Of a DNA stretch of 51,506 bases, positions 9,070 through 19,072 are shown one piece after another. The first letter of the stretch is position 1; every line of letters begins with the position of its first letter. The notes under the pieces are model-generated. The model worked only from the letters and a program-made list of their open reading frames with translations, was not told the DNA's origin and made no database searches. The position numbers and the translations under genes were made by a program. Source of the stretch: a virus; IMG/VR virus record IMGVR_UViG_3300045988_081631; one strand, given 5' to 3'.

Positions 9070-9456
9070 TTAGTACTCGATTACGCTGAATGAGAGATTT
9101 CCGATGCTGTCCACGCCATTTGGTGCCCATACGCAATCCCACTCTCTATCACCCGCGTAACAGGTACGAGTTACAATCCCGCCTTGCGAAGGGTCAGGGC
9201 AGGTAAACTCAAAGCTATCGCCTTTTACCTTCGCAAGAATTTTTGTGATCATATCCCAGTCGATGTTCTTCCATTTGATTTTAACCGGATGTTTGATTGC
9301 AACCATCGTCCTATGGAGATATCCTGTTGCGTCGCGCTCTGCCGACGTATCCAACGAGCTTTCCGTTCCGCTGTACTCGGTAGGGTCTGGGATAAGCTCG
9401 CCGTTGACAGCAAAACGCATATCATATCGATAATCGCGCTGCGCTCTCACGCTCAA
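9070..9456 (-). CDS. distal tail protein-like (small)
   Basis: Lies immediately after the tape measure. The start codon is uncertain (TTG 9456, GTG 9450 or a later ATG). Confidence 0.5.
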   Translation of the reverse strand: MSVRAQRDYRYDMRFAVNGELIPDPTEYSGTESSLDTSAERDATGYLHRTMVAIKHPVKIKWKNIDWDMITKILAKVKGDSFEFTCPDPSQGGIVTRTCYAGDREWDCVWAPNGVDSIGNLSFSVIEY

Positions 9457-12400
9457 TACCCCCTTACGCTCTCATACATCTTTACAGAGCGTGAAACAGT
9501 CTTTCCAAGCTCAGGGCTTGGCTTGACGACAACATTGTTTTCTTTGCGATTGAGCTGCTCAAGTAAAGAAATCATACGCTGATAATAGGTGTTCTGCTCA
9601 CGGTTTGCATCTGCGACGCCGCGCGCGATACCGTCAACTATCTGCCCGTTGTTAGCAACAGCAGACTGACTGCCAATCTGGCCAACAAGTTCAGGCCCTT
9701 GCTCATTTGCAATAAACAGGCTTCCTTCCGACGGAAAACCGCCATCTGCATATTTAAGAGCAGTCATTGATATGCCAATTTTTCCACCTCTCCGCGAAGT
9801 TCCACTCAAGTTAAGCAGATTAGTCATCGCAGTATTCCACTGACGGCCCATTGAAAGCGTGCTGTTCATTGCGTTTGTGATGTTCGACATATCCGGCGAA
9901 GCAGCAGTTATTTTCGTTGCTTCTGTCATATCGGGGTTCCACGTCGTTTCGACGTAAGACTTAGTTTCTTCAAGGCTTGGGTCGAATTCCGTTGCGGTAT
10001 CAATGGCAGGAAGCGTCAGATTGGCATCTTCTCCAACGAGAGAATCCTTAAATTCTTTCACACGCTGAACGATCGCATCCATGTCTGTACCAAAGGAAGT
10101 ATTGGTCAATTCCTCCAACGTGAACGCGCCGCCAAGCGCGGCTTGAATGACATCCTGAAGCTGTAAGCCGTAAGAAGCCTGTCCATACAAAACGCCTTGA
10201 TCCGTTGTTGCAATCGCACCCTTCATGAGTTGTTCGACCAATTTGAACTTTTGGAGATCTGTATCACTTACGCTTCCAGCATCTTCAATGGATTGAATAA
10301 ACGGAGAAATCGTATTGGACACATATTCCTGCATTCTCCTGTTTGCATCGTTTGCCGTCCATGCGCTATCAGGAATAAACTTATTTAACGCATCTGGAGA
10401 TAGGAATTGAGTGAACAGATTAGTCATAAGCGTGGACGTTTCAGAACTAAGATCGCCAACCTTTGCGTCGTAAGCCTGCGTAATACCATCTGTGACTTCA
10501 TCAATCAAAGAAACTGTTCTGTCGTATTCCGTCTTCGTCCAATCTCCACTGTTGTACCGCTCATAAGCAAGGTCTTTCAAATACTCCTGCGCTTCAATCT
10601 GCTCCTTGTAAGCTGTCTGATACGCTTCTTTGACTTCGGCAGACATGGAATTGATTTTTTCAACATATTCCTTTGCGCTAACCAATCCATCTTCGGAATT
10701 AAAGTCAACCGTAAATGGATTTTCCATCAGCTCAGACCATCTTCGTTCTTCCCGAACATTTATTGCGCTCTGTGCATGTTGGTTATACCAATCCATTTCC
10801 TCATTAGTTGCGCTACCTTTTGCAATCTTATTGATGATTTCATTCCGCTTTTGTGCTGTCTCCGCCTGATATTCGGTCATCCCCTGCTGCATAATCATGT
10901 ATTGTTTTTGAAACTCTTTTCCCTTTTCTTGCAGCGTCTCAATTTCGCTGTCAATCATGGTATTGATTCCTTCAAAGGACAGCGCAAAAGCATTGTCGGT
11001 AGTTCCTTTCAATGCCGTATCAAAATCAGACCATGCGTCCTTGAGTGCCTTAATATCCTCCGGCGTAGGAGCATCGCTACCAAACACAGTGGAATTGAGA
11101 TTCTTTACAGACTCGGTAGCAGTTTGCAAATCCTCTTTTGTCTTTGTAAAATCAGCATAAATGCCAAACGTCACTTGCGCCTCAGCCAATCTTGACGAAA
11201 ACTCCTTCTGAACGGCATTGATAACGCTGTCCATCGAAAAATCGCCATTTCCGGCTTCCTTCAACGCTTCTGCAACCATGTTTTCCGTCTTTTTTCTTGC
11301 GTAGAAATGAAGCGTAGCAATACCGACCGAGATTGCGACAATCGAACCGACGGTTAAAACAATCGGCCAGCTTGCGCCCATCGCCGCAGTAGCGAATCCA
11401 GCGCCAACACCAGCATTGATAGTTGAAATAACTGCACCAATGACATCCTCTTTGGTTATTCCATTCTTTCCCATTTTTTTAGCAAGAGCAAAAGCCACAG
11501 TTGCGCTTGTAATTGCTATATATGCACCAATTCCGAAACCGAGAGAAGATATGTTTTCCAACCCCATCAGTTTAGCCGCGGAACTGCCGATCATAGACAA
11601 TCCGGGGATTTCAAGAAACGCGCCTGCAACGGCTTTCAGCATGTTTTCCCACGTCCAGCCTTCACCATTAACAATTCCATTCACGGCATCCCATGTCAAA
11701 GAGATACCGACAATCGTAAGCGCTACACCTGCTGTAAGCTGGTGGATCGCCGCAAGCGCATCCTTAGACGCTCCAAGATATTCAGCGATTTTGGCAATTT
11801 TATTTCCAATGGCAAAAGCAGAAATCGCGCCAAGAAGCCCAAGAATTTCAGGCTTGAAGCTCTCGATCTTTTCAATGATATCGTTGACTTGTTCCTTAAT
11901 ACCTTTTAGAAAATCATAGGAATAATCGCCCAGTCCCCAAAGGTCTCCGAGCGCACCGCCGCCAGCTCCACCGCCACCGCCACCGGAACCCGCCTTGTCG
12001 CTTTCCTGCTGGATGATGTTGATTTCGTCCCAGCCTGCAAGTAGACCTTTTACCTCTTTTGCCGCATCCTTGGCTGCACTTCCCGCGCCGCCTAACGCTT
12101 GTTCCAAATCTGATGCTCCCCCGACCGCGCCTTTCAGATCTGTCTCCATCCCGCCGATGCTCGGTAAAGAGAACCCAAAGATAGACGCGATTGCCTGCGC
12201 CGCGCGGCCAATGACGACAACAACCGCCTGAAAGATTGGAATAAGCTTTGCGGCAATGACAGATACAATCTGTCCAATGTATCGCGTCGCAATCGCACAT
12301 TGGTTGTAAAAGATTCTCAAGCTGTTCGCCGGAGTAATGATTGTTCGTGCCAAATCACCCTGAATATTGCTGGTCTGCTCCATAATCTTGTTATAGCGCA

Positions 12401-13535
12401 AAGCAACCTTTTGAGCGATGGACATGCTTGACCACTTTGCTGTAATGCCTTTTGACAAGGCATATTCTTCCATCGCCGCTTTTGACAACTCAACACCATA
12501 GCGACGCATGCCTTCAACTTCGCCCGAAATGCCCGATTGAATCCGCTTCATGACGGTATCAACATCCTTGATATTAAAAGCCGACTGCATATCATAGCCA
12601 AGCTGTGTAAGCTGCTGGGACATGTTATTAGCCGTCTTATCTGGGATGCCAAAAGCCTGTAACTGCTGGTTGAACGTGCTCAGTTCCGACAGCCATTCCG
12701 TCATGTTGATTCCGGCAACCGATTCGACCTTCTGCGCATACTCAACGGCCTTCTGTGATCCGCTGCCCATAGCAACATCCGCAAGGTTCAAGGCTTCGAT
12801 GTAGTCGTTGCTTGCTTCAAAGGCGTCCATGGCTGCATCCTTGATTTTGCTGAATCCGTAAGCAAGTGCTGAAAATTTCAGAATCCTCTTTAGGTAGTCT
12901 CCAAATGTTTTCTTTGATTCCTCCGCGCTTTTGGTAAGTTTTTCATTTGCCTTGATGGCCTTTCGTATGTTGGCAGGCAACGAGCTGAAGCCCTCCTTGA
13001 CCGCGCGCATTTCATCTGCAAGCGGCTGAATGGCTTTTCTAATCTGTTCAACGCTGTCCGCAAACTTCTGAAGCTGTGTCGAATCAATATCAGCAACCGC
13101 TTTCATGGCGTCCGGCATTTTCCGAAGCGTGTTGACCACATTATTTAGGTTATTGGCTTTTTGGATATTGCCAAGCGGAGAAAGTTTATCGGAAAGTTCA
13201 GCAAGGGGCGACCAGTCCACACCTTGAAGAGACCTTGTTGCGTCACCAATACCCTTGATCTGCGAAGCCCAAGAAGTACTAAGCTTGATTTTGTCGAGTA
13301 CACCCATCTTTGTGAGTGCGTCACTCATCATATTCAGCTTGGAAATGGACTCCGAATCCAAAATCGCGGCCGAATCCCGAATCGCTTTGATGCCAGCGGA
13401 AACGGCGTTCAGACTTCGTTGGTTCGATGCTGCTGACCGAAGACTTTCAAGGGATTTGACCATTGAATCAATTCCGCTCTTGGCTTGCGCGGCATTTCCA
13501 TCAATCTCGATAATGAGCTTGTCAACCGTCGCCAT
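9453..13535 (-). CDS. tail tape measure protein
   Basis: 1360 aa, helical and low-complexity, with a central glycine-rich/TM block (GSGGGGGGAGGGALG). Position is after the G/GT chaperones. Confidence 0.9.
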   Translation of the reverse strand: MATVDKLIIEIDGNAAQAKSGIDSMVKSLESLRSAASNQRSLNAVSAGIKAIRDSAAILDSESISKLNMMSDALTKMGVLDKIKLSTSWASQIKGIGDATRSLQGVDWSPLAELSDKLSPLGNIQKANNLNNVVNTLRKMPDAMKAVADIDSTQLQKFADSVEQIRKAIQPLADEMRAVKEGFSSLPANIRKAIKANEKLTKSAEESKKTFGDYLKRILKFSALAYGFSKIKDAAMDAFEASNDYIEALNLADVAMGSGSQKAVEYAQKVESVAGINMTEWLSELSTFNQQLQAFGIPDKTANNMSQQLTQLGYDMQSAFNIKDVDTVMKRIQSGISGEVEGMRRYGVELSKAAMEEYALSKGITAKWSSMSIAQKVALRYNKIMEQTSNIQGDLARTIITPANSLRIFYNQCAIATRYIGQIVSVIAAKLIPIFQAVVVVIGRAAQAIASIFGFSLPSIGGMETDLKGAVGGASDLEQALGGAGSAAKDAAKEVKGLLAGWDEINIIQQESDKAGSGGGGGGAGGGALGDLWGLGDYSYDFLKGIKEQVNDIIEKIESFKPEILGLLGAISAFAIGNKIAKIAEYLGASKDALAAIHQLTAGVALTIVGISLTWDAVNGIVNGEGWTWENMLKAVAGAFLEIPGLSMIGSSAAKLMGLENISSLGFGIGAYIAITSATVAFALAKKMGKNGITKEDVIGAVISTINAGVGAGFATAAMGASWPIVLTVGSIVAISVGIATLHFYARKKTENMVAEALKEAGNGDFSMDSVINAVQKEFSSRLAEAQVTFGIYADFTKTKEDLQTATESVKNLNSTVFGSDAPTPEDIKALKDAWSDFDTALKGTTDNAFALSFEGINTMIDSEIETLQEKGKEFQKQYMIMQQGMTEYQAETAQKRNEIINKIAKGSATNEEMDWYNQHAQSAINVREERRWSELMENPFTVDFNSEDGLVSAKEYVEKINSMSAEVKEAYQTAYKEQIEAQEYLKDLAYERYNSGDWTKTEYDRTVSLIDEVTDGITQAYDAKVGDLSSETSTLMTNLFTQFLSPDALNKFIPDSAWTANDANRRMQEYVSNTISPFIQSIEDAGSVSDTDLQKFKLVEQLMKGAIATTDQGVLYGQASYGLQLQDVIQAALGGAFTLEELTNTSFGTDMDAIVQRVKEFKDSLVGEDANLTLPAIDTATEFDPSLEETKSYVETTWNPDMTEATKITAASPDMSNITNAMNSTLSMGRQWNTAMTNLLNLSGTSRRGGKIGISMTALKYADGGFPSEGSLFIANEQGPELVGQIGSQSAVANNGQIVDGIARGVADANREQNTYYQRMISLLEQLNRKENNVVVKPSPELGKTVSRSVKMYESVRGY

Positions 13536-14318
13536 TGGCCGTCACCTCCTTGTTCTTGGCTTCCCATCGTTTTTGAAGTTTTGTAAAGTGGTCAATGATC
13601 TTTTGGCGTTCCTGTTCTGCTTTTTGTTCTTCTTCCTCTGGAGTAAGCGGCGTAACCCTCAACGGCTCGCTTCTATATGGAGTAGGCTTTCGCTTGTGTT
13701 TAGAATCAAAGACCTGGCTAAAGTTGGAAAGCGCGGTAGAGAATGCTTCAAAGTTGTACACGCCTTGCAGCCACATTCTCTGACTGTCCATTTCATTTCT
13801 CAGCTCATGTGCCCGCTTGAATATTACCGTCAGTGTCGGATCATCATCCCAATACTGCTCATGCGTCATACCTATGGCCAGATAGAACGGTTCGGCATTA
13901 TCAAATGCTTTTTTTAAAGGGAACGGCGCATATTCTGTTACCGTTCCCTCCGTATTGTTCTGCGCTGTTACAGCACCAGCGCCAGACCCGCGTTTTTTTC
14001 GCCACTGTCTTCCTGCTCAGGCATGCATGCGGCATTGTACAGATCAACAAGGCGAGAAAGAAGCCCCTCTGCGCGAAGGCCGCCAAGCTCTTCCAAAATC
14101 TCATCTGTCACATCATGACGGATGCCCTTGTGATGAGCCTGAAATGCGTAATAGAACAGGTCAGAAAGACCCGTAACGGGCTTTCTGGGAATATCTTCAA
14201 GGATAAAGCCGTTCCGTTCTGCGAAAACAACCGCGCGTCGGGTAAATTCAAGCGTATACTTAATACTGCCATCCTTGTCCTTGATGAGAATCGGAGAATT
14301 TTCTTTCTTTGTAGCCAT
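13522..14318 (-). CDS. tail assembly chaperone GT-like fusion made by a -1 ribosomal frameshift
   Basis: Hand check: the -1 frame from the A AAA AAC site is open and joins the frame of ORF 13522..13869 (..KKRGSGAGAVTAQNNTEGTVTEYAPFPLKKAFDNAEPFYLAIGMTHEQ..). Confidence 0.7.
13968..14318 (-). CDS. tail assembly chaperone (G-like, zero-frame product)
   Basis: 116-aa ORF between the major tail and tape measure genes. It ends 22 nt after the slippery heptamer. Confidence 0.8.
   Translation of the reverse strand: MATKKENSPILIKDKDGSIKYTLEFTRRAVVFAERNGFILEDIPRKPVTGLSDLFYYAFQAHHKGIRHDVTDEILEELGGLRAEGLLSRLVDLYNAACMPEQEDSGEKNAGLALVL
13992..13998 (-). promoter_or_regulatory. -1 programmed frameshift slippery heptamer A AAA AAC
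   Basis: Minus-strand GGC GAA AAA AAC GCG. The zero frame is GAA AAA AAC, which gives an X XXY YYZ pattern. Confidence 0.7.
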
Positions 14319-14329
14319 TTTTTTACTCC

Positions 14330-14800
14330 TTAAATCGTAGTCGGCTTCGTTGCCCAGCCGACAATCTTGTTTACAGAAACGTATGCATCGATTTCCAGCA
14401 CGGAATCTACTTCCATAGCGGAAAGGCCGAGCTGCTGCGGCTCAACGCGCATGAAGAACGCTTTCGTCAGCTTGGGAATGACGATTGCAAACCACATGCT
14501 CTTTCCTTCATCCTTGCCGTCATTGGCTGCCTGATAGAGTTCATCCCAGTCTGTCTGGAATTGCTCAGTATTGTTTGCGCCGAACTGAATCGAGCCGCCT
14601 GGGTCTTTCAAACCCGGAATATATCGCTTCCATTCCGAATCAGAAAGGTCGGTAACATCAAGGGACGATGCTTCCGGGTTCAAATCCGGCGTGCTTTTAA
14701 TGCCGTTGATTTTCTTATAGCCCGTAGTCGGCATCGTTCCAGCTGCCGTTTCCATTGCCCACTGGACGGAAACGCCAGCGGTAGAAAGTTCAAGAGCCAT
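14330..14800 (-). CDS. major tail protein
   Basis: 156 aa, located between the tail terminator-like gene and the chaperones. Confidence 0.75.
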   Translation of the reverse strand: MALELSTAGVSVQWAMETAAGTMPTTGYKKINGIKSTPDLNPEASSLDVTDLSDSEWKRYIPGLKDPGGSIQFGANNTEQFQTDWDELYQAANDGKDEGKSMWFAIVIPKLTKAFFMRVEPQQLGLSAMEVDSVLEIDAYVSVNKIVGWATKPTTI

Positions 14801-14822
14801 TTATCATGTTCTCCTTTCGTTT

Positions 14823-15227
14823 TTAAGATTTATAAATCAAGTTATCTTCTCCAATAACCCCTGTATATCGCGCTACCCTGCGCGAAATGCTTTTGTCAAT
14901 GTTGGAAAGCGGCATGTTTGCCGTACGAACAAAGCCCTTTCTAAACATATAGCCGTCAACCGTGGCAACGATGTCCTTGCATTGCTGTTTTCCCAGCGCG
15001 TCCTGAAGGTTTGAATAGACATTAACCGTGTACATAAGGCTTGCGTTATGCTCTATGTTGTCGCCCGACAAGCTGCGCTTATATGTACTGTTATCGCTCT
15101 CAACAAACGTAACTGCCGGAAAACTGGCCGGTGAGTCAACCTCGCATCCATATACGCTGATTCCTTCATGTCTTTCACGGAGTAGTTTTGTAACGCCGGC
15201 GTATAAAATATTTTCAACGTCAAGCAT
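14823..15227 (-). CDS. tail completion / tail terminator-like protein
   Basis: Synteny (the last neck gene before the major tail protein). Confidence 0.55.
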   Translation of the reverse strand: MLDVENILYAGVTKLLRERHEGISVYGCEVDSPASFPAVTFVESDNSTYKRSLSGDNIEHNASLMYTVNVYSNLQDALGKQQCKDIVATVDGYMFRKGFVRTANMPLSNIDKSISRRVARYTGVIGEDNLIYKS

Positions 15228-15762
15228 TTTTAAAAACCTCTTTCACAACCCGTTCAGCCTCATCGCGCATTTCGGACAAAGCAATGTACATCGGCATTGA
15301 TGCTGGGTTACCGTGTGTCAAAACATACGGCTCTGTTGCCAGCGGGTCAGAGCTTATTATCTGTCCGTTTGTTCCGGGATCTCCGTGATATCTCCACGCA
15401 TCATTTTTTCCGCGTCCGCCTCCCATTTCACCAATGCCAACAACTCCATCGGGCTTTGGTATCGGATAGGTAAAGCTGCTGTTGTAATGGACACCGGAAC
15501 CAAACTCAATGAAACAAACCGCGTTGCCTGATGCAACAACGGTATATCCCGTCTCTGTTTGTTCGATGCTGACGGAGGAATCATTTGTTCCGTCATATGG
15601 CGCATTTGCGAACCTAACGTTCGCTTCTTTTAGACCGATTTCAGCAAGTCTCTTGCAAATCTGATTCGTCAGTGTTTCCATCTTGTTACGATATTCTGCG
15701 AGTTGACGAATTGCGTTTCCGATGCTCCGGCCATTCAGTTTCACTTTGATGTTACGTGCCAT
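15220..15762 (-). CDS. head-tail adaptor / neck protein (HK97 gp10-like)
   Basis: Synteny. Start at ATG 15762 after GGGGTGGG. Confidence 0.55.
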   Translation of the reverse strand: MARNIKVKLNGRSIGNAIRQLAEYRNKMETLTNQICKRLAEIGLKEANVRFANAPYDGTNDSSVSIEQTETGYTVVASGNAVCFIEFGSGVHYNSSFTYPIPKPDGVVGIGEMGGGRGKNDAWRYHGDPGTNGQIISSDPLATEPYVLTHGNPASMPMYIALSEMRDEAERVVKEVFKNA

Positions 15763-16153
15763 ATGTGCCCACCCCATCAGCAATATTTACCTTGCTGATT
15801 GCGTATGCTTTGTGGTTGAGAGATTGTGCAACCTGTTCAACAACATAGTCATGGCCAGTTGTTGTCTTTCCTTCGCTATCCATCACAGGCGTTTTGTCAA
15901 TCCATAGGACAGTTGTTTCCTCAATTGGACAATTTATCGGCATAGGGTTGATGGTCCGGGAATACTCGGCGTTTAATCCGAAAAGCTCACCGCCAACAGA
16001 GCCACGAGAAGCGGAGATATTGCCTTGTGTCTCTACAGGCTTTCCGTAAACAGGTCTCGTCCCATTCTCGTTCCCCCATTGGTCATGTGTTGTTTCGTTT
16101 TTGAGAAACAGGGAGTACCAGAACGTACGTTCGTTACGAGCCATTCCCCTCAT
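15752..16153 (-). CDS. head closure / head-tail joining protein
   Basis: Synteny; TAATG coupling with the upstream gene. Confidence 0.55.
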   Translation of the reverse strand: MRGMARNERTFWYSLFLKNETTHDQWGNENGTRPVYGKPVETQGNISASRGSVGGELFGLNAEYSRTINPMPINCPIEETTVLWIDKTPVMDSEGKTTTGHDYVVEQVAQSLNHKAYAISKVNIADGVGTYGT

Positions 16154-16488
16154 TAAACCACCATCCCATATGGCGTTATCTGGGCAAGCAATTCAGGCGG
16201 AACATCCGTTGAGCCTCCATAGCTTCTTGTAACTCCGTTTTCCGTGTGCCCTGATTCGCCTTCTGCTCCACGTTTGTTGTACAGAAAGATAGCAATTTCA
16301 ATTTGCACTTGCTGATATCTCTCTTCCACTTCTGTGTCATCGGGAACACCGAACGGATATTGCCGATTCAAAATCTTGCTTTCGGCCAAATCAAGATAAG
16401 CAGACAGCATATCAAAGTTCTCAACAGCATCAATTCCGATGAGCGCGCCCGTCTTTTTGACCATCTCTGTTTCCGAAATCCGTTTCAC
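16153..16488 (-). CDS. gp6-like head-tail connector protein
   Basis: 111 aa. The pattern YLDLAESKILNRQYPFG..EERYQQVQIEIAIFLYNKRGAEGE is typical of this family (recollection). Confidence 0.65.
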   Translation of the reverse strand: MKRISETEMVKKTGALIGIDAVENFDMLSAYLDLAESKILNRQYPFGVPDDTEVEERYQQVQIEIAIFLYNKRGAEGESGHTENGVTRSYGGSTDVPPELLAQITPYGMVV

Positions 16489-16503
16489 TGCCTGCCTCCT
16501 TTC

Positions 16504-16677
16504 TTACATCTTTTTGGGTCTCCCTCGTTTGGCTGGCTTTTCGTCATCCTCTTGGACAATAATTTTTCCATGCCTGTTCATTTCTTCTGCATCTTCGTCC
16601 TCAATTTGAAACGCAACGCCCGGAGGATGGAAGATGCCACGATAAGATACGGTATAGGCCGGAATCAGTTCGGTCAC
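16504..16677 (-). CDS. small hypothetical protein (57 aa, GTG start)
   Basis: Hand translation VTELIPAYTVSYRGIFHPPGVAFQIEDEDAEEMNRHGKIIVQEDDEKPAKRGRPKKM. GTGA overlap with the capsid stop. Confidence 0.35.
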   Translation of the reverse strand: MTELIPAYTVSYRGIFHPPGVAFQIEDEDAEEMNRHGKIIVQEDDEKPAKRGRPKKM

Positions 16678-17741
16678 GCAATCACCTTCATCACCGCAAC
16701 TTCGTCCATGCGTTCAAAAGACGGCAAGACGATTTCAGACGCGAAGGTGTTGATGTTGACCGGGTGTTCCTCAACAATTCGGGTGATTGCAACGCCCGTG
16801 TTTACGATGGAGACATCCGCTTTGCCGGACCCCTGCAAGTCTGCTTCTTCCGGAGTTGTGCCGTACCACGTGCCGCCAATGCTGCCGTCCGGAATGAAGC
16901 AAACATAGCCATCCGGCACAAACGCCTTGGCTGCCTTATCTTCATCGCGATACATCTTGTCGTAGATGACAAGATCCACGCCAACGGTTCCACTGATGAC
17001 AGCCTTAACTTCGGCATCTGTCAGATAACTCAACGTGCGGCCGTTCACCGTCAGATAACGATTCTTGATTGCATCGGTAGCCGCAAGCAGGTTGAAGGTA
17101 TTGGTGTTCATAATCGCATACACAATCTCCGTTCCAGTCTTGGAACGAATCGTGTCCTTGACCTTCTTGATCGCTTTGAGCGGATCTGCGGTCGTCGGCG
17201 CGGTCCACAAATCAGTGGTCGTCAATGCGGTATAGTTGTTAGTTTTCCAGCTCTGGTCGGGGTCGTAGTTATAGGTGTAATCTACGCCGTTTGCCTTGAT
17301 GGAAATGCCAGCTGCGCCGTTAATCGGGAAAAGCAGCTGCATAATCATTCTTTCAGGCACAACGTTTGCGCCTTCGATCAGCGCGTTTGCGTCGTCGTAT
17401 ACGCGAGCAATGATTTCATCCGCATAGGGATCGTTGGAATCCTGAATGCGCAAAAGCTCCTGCCGGTCTCTTTCCTTGATCTTGAAGCCTTCACGGAAGA
17501 ACGGCATTTCGGTTTCGAGTTTCTGGAAACCGATCCGATCCCGAAAGGTTGCCTTAGCGTCAAACGCGCTCGGCATCAGGGAAATCGGAAGCCCCTTAGA
17601 GCCTTTGAGCCACTTCAGATCAAGTCCAGCTTTCTTTCTCGCTGGAAACAGCGTTTCACCCAGATACGGAATCCGGTTGCTCTGAACTTCCGTCCAGTTC
17701 GCCGCAATGGTCTGCGGCGTGAAAAACTCTTTAAGATTCAT
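16674..17741 (-). CDS. major capsid protein
   Basis: 355 aa. N-terminus MNLKEFFTPQTIAANWTEVQSNRIPYLGETLFPARK is typical of SPP1-like / capsid-E-type proteins. Position is after the scaffold and decoration genes. Confidence 0.85.
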   Translation of the reverse strand: MNLKEFFTPQTIAANWTEVQSNRIPYLGETLFPARKKAGLDLKWLKGSKGLPISLMPSAFDAKATFRDRIGFQKLETEMPFFREGFKIKERDRQELLRIQDSNDPYADEIIARVYDDANALIEGANVVPERMIMQLLFPINGAAGISIKANGVDYTYNYDPDQSWKTNNYTALTTTDLWTAPTTADPLKAIKKVKDTIRSKTGTEIVYAIMNTNTFNLLAATDAIKNRYLTVNGRTLSYLTDAEVKAVISGTVGVDLVIYDKMYRDEDKAAKAFVPDGYVCFIPDGSIGGTWYGTTPEEADLQGSGKADVSIVNTGVAITRIVEEHPVNINTFASEIVLPSFERMDEVAVMKVIA

Positions 17742-17753
17742 GACTTACCCTCC

Positions 17754-18116
17754 TTAGGTGTTCACGCCGATATTCGTCCGAAGAATCAATCCCGGAACAG
17801 CCGCTTTCATTGCTGCCACATCCAGCTTGCATCCGGAATTAGCCTTCGCTTTCTTCTGATCGATTACGCCCTGAACCACAAGCGTTCCATTCGGATTTTC
17901 GATAGGGTCAACGTCGTACAGAAGAACACCGTCTGCATTCGTGCTTGCAGCGTTGCTGCCATCTGCATCTGCCTCGGTAGCTTTAACGCCGCCAAGCGTC
18001 ATAGGCGTACCGGCCTTGACGACGGACGTACCCGTTACGGTGATGGGAACGCCCACAAATTCATCTGCGGCAAGGATTTCCACCGTGCCTGCAATACTCG
18101 CCGTTGCAAATTTCAC
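17754..18116 (-). CDS. head decoration-like protein
   Basis: 120 aa, between the scaffold and capsid genes. Confidence 0.55.
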   Translation of the reverse strand: MKFATASIAGTVEILAADEFVGVPITVTGTSVVKAGTPMTLGGVKATEADADGSNAASTNADGVLLYDVDPIENPNGTLVVQGVIDQKKAKANSGCKLDVAAMKAAVPGLILRTNIGVNT

Positions 18117-18131
18117 TTTCTTTTACTCCCT

Positions 18132-18701
18132 TCACATATAGTTCTTCAGTCCGTTTCTGGCGGTCTCGTTGGCCTTTGCGCGCTGTGCGCCGAGTCGCTT
18201 TGCCATCTTCATGGCTTCATCATCATCGTTACCATCGTCGCCGCCGCTAGGCTTCTTCATGCCGCGCATCGCATCAGCTTCAACCTGTTTCTTATAGGCT
18301 TCATTGGCTTTCTTTTGGTTCTCGAATACCTTGTCCATCTCGCCGTTGAACAGAGCTTCCGCCGTCTCATGGGCCAGATTTTCGTCATATCCAGGCATTG
18401 CCATATACCGCGCCGTATGGCTGGCAATCGTCGAGTTCTTGAGCAGATCGTTGTACTTGCCCTGAAGCTCCTGCATGGCCTTTGCCTGCTCGGACTTTTC
18501 AGCCTCGTCATCGGTCTGCTTAGCTTTGAGCTGCTTGCTCACATCGGCAAGCTCCGACAGCTTCTTGTCAAAAAGCGACTTGTCCACATACTGCTTCAGA
18601 TCAACCCTGTCTGGGATTTCTACCTTGAGCAACGCGTCTACCTTTTGGGCATCCGTCATTCCGTCGAACCCCTCAATGGTGCTGGTGTCAATGTTTGGCA
18701 T
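18132..18701 (-). CDS. capsid scaffolding protein
   Basis: Charged coiled-coil protein. Start at ATG 18701 (MPNIDTSTIEGF). Confidence 0.7.
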   Translation of the reverse strand: MPNIDTSTIEGFDGMTDAQKVDALLKVEIPDRVDLKQYVDKSLFDKKLSELADVSKQLKAKQTDDEAEKSEQAKAMQELQGKYNDLLKNSTIASHTARYMAMPGYDENLAHETAEALFNGEMDKVFENQKKANEAYKKQVEADAMRGMKKPSGGDDGNDDDEAMKMAKRLGAQRAKANETARNGLKNYM

Positions 18702-18830
18702 GATTCTTTCTCTCCTTTTTTGTGTGTTTAAGGTCTTTCTCTCGACCATATTGTGTTTTTCCTGTTCTCTCAGGGCTTGTGTTTAAACGCTTCTCTGCGT
18801 ATTCAATCGGCTTTCGCCGTTCAAACCAAA

Positions 18831-18883
18831 ACAAAAACAGGGGCTATACCGTTTGCATCATGCAAACCATGTATAGCCCCTGT
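18831..18883 (-). terminator. intrinsic terminator between the portal and scaffold genes
   Basis: Minus strand ACAGGGGCTATAC..(inner hairpin TTTGCAT/ATGCAAA)..GTATAGCCCCTGT followed by TTTTTGTTTT. Confidence 0.7.
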
Positions 18884-18925
18884 TGGCTGTTTCCCACTGA
18901 CCAATTACAGTGGTCAATATGTTAT

Positions 18926-19072
18926 TCAGTTTTCAGCGATAGGCTCTTTGCTTTTGAGCTTTCGCGTGATATCTACGACGACAACATTGTCCTTCTCGCG
19001 CTTCACCGTCGCTTCTCCGCGGTTATTCAGAATCGCTTCGATTGCTTCCACTGTCGCCCTGCCCAGCTTCAT
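18926..19072 (-). CDS. small hypothetical protein (48 aa) overlapping the portal 3' end
   Basis: GGAGG RBS before ATG 19072; MKLGRATVEAIEAILNNRGEATVKREKDNVVVVDI.. Confidence 0.35.
   Translation of the reverse strand: MKLGRATVEAIEAILNNRGEATVKREKDNVVVVDITRKLKSKEPIAEN

Noticed and set aside
16764-18731. 655-aa plus-strand ORF, along with similar long plus-strand ORFs at 3967..5319, 10407..11195 and 48511..49521
   Set aside because: They lie antisense to clearly recognisable capsid, scaffold, fibre, tape-measure and cargo genes. Their translations are Arg/Leu/His-rich nonsense. No RBS is present. These are shadow ORFs.
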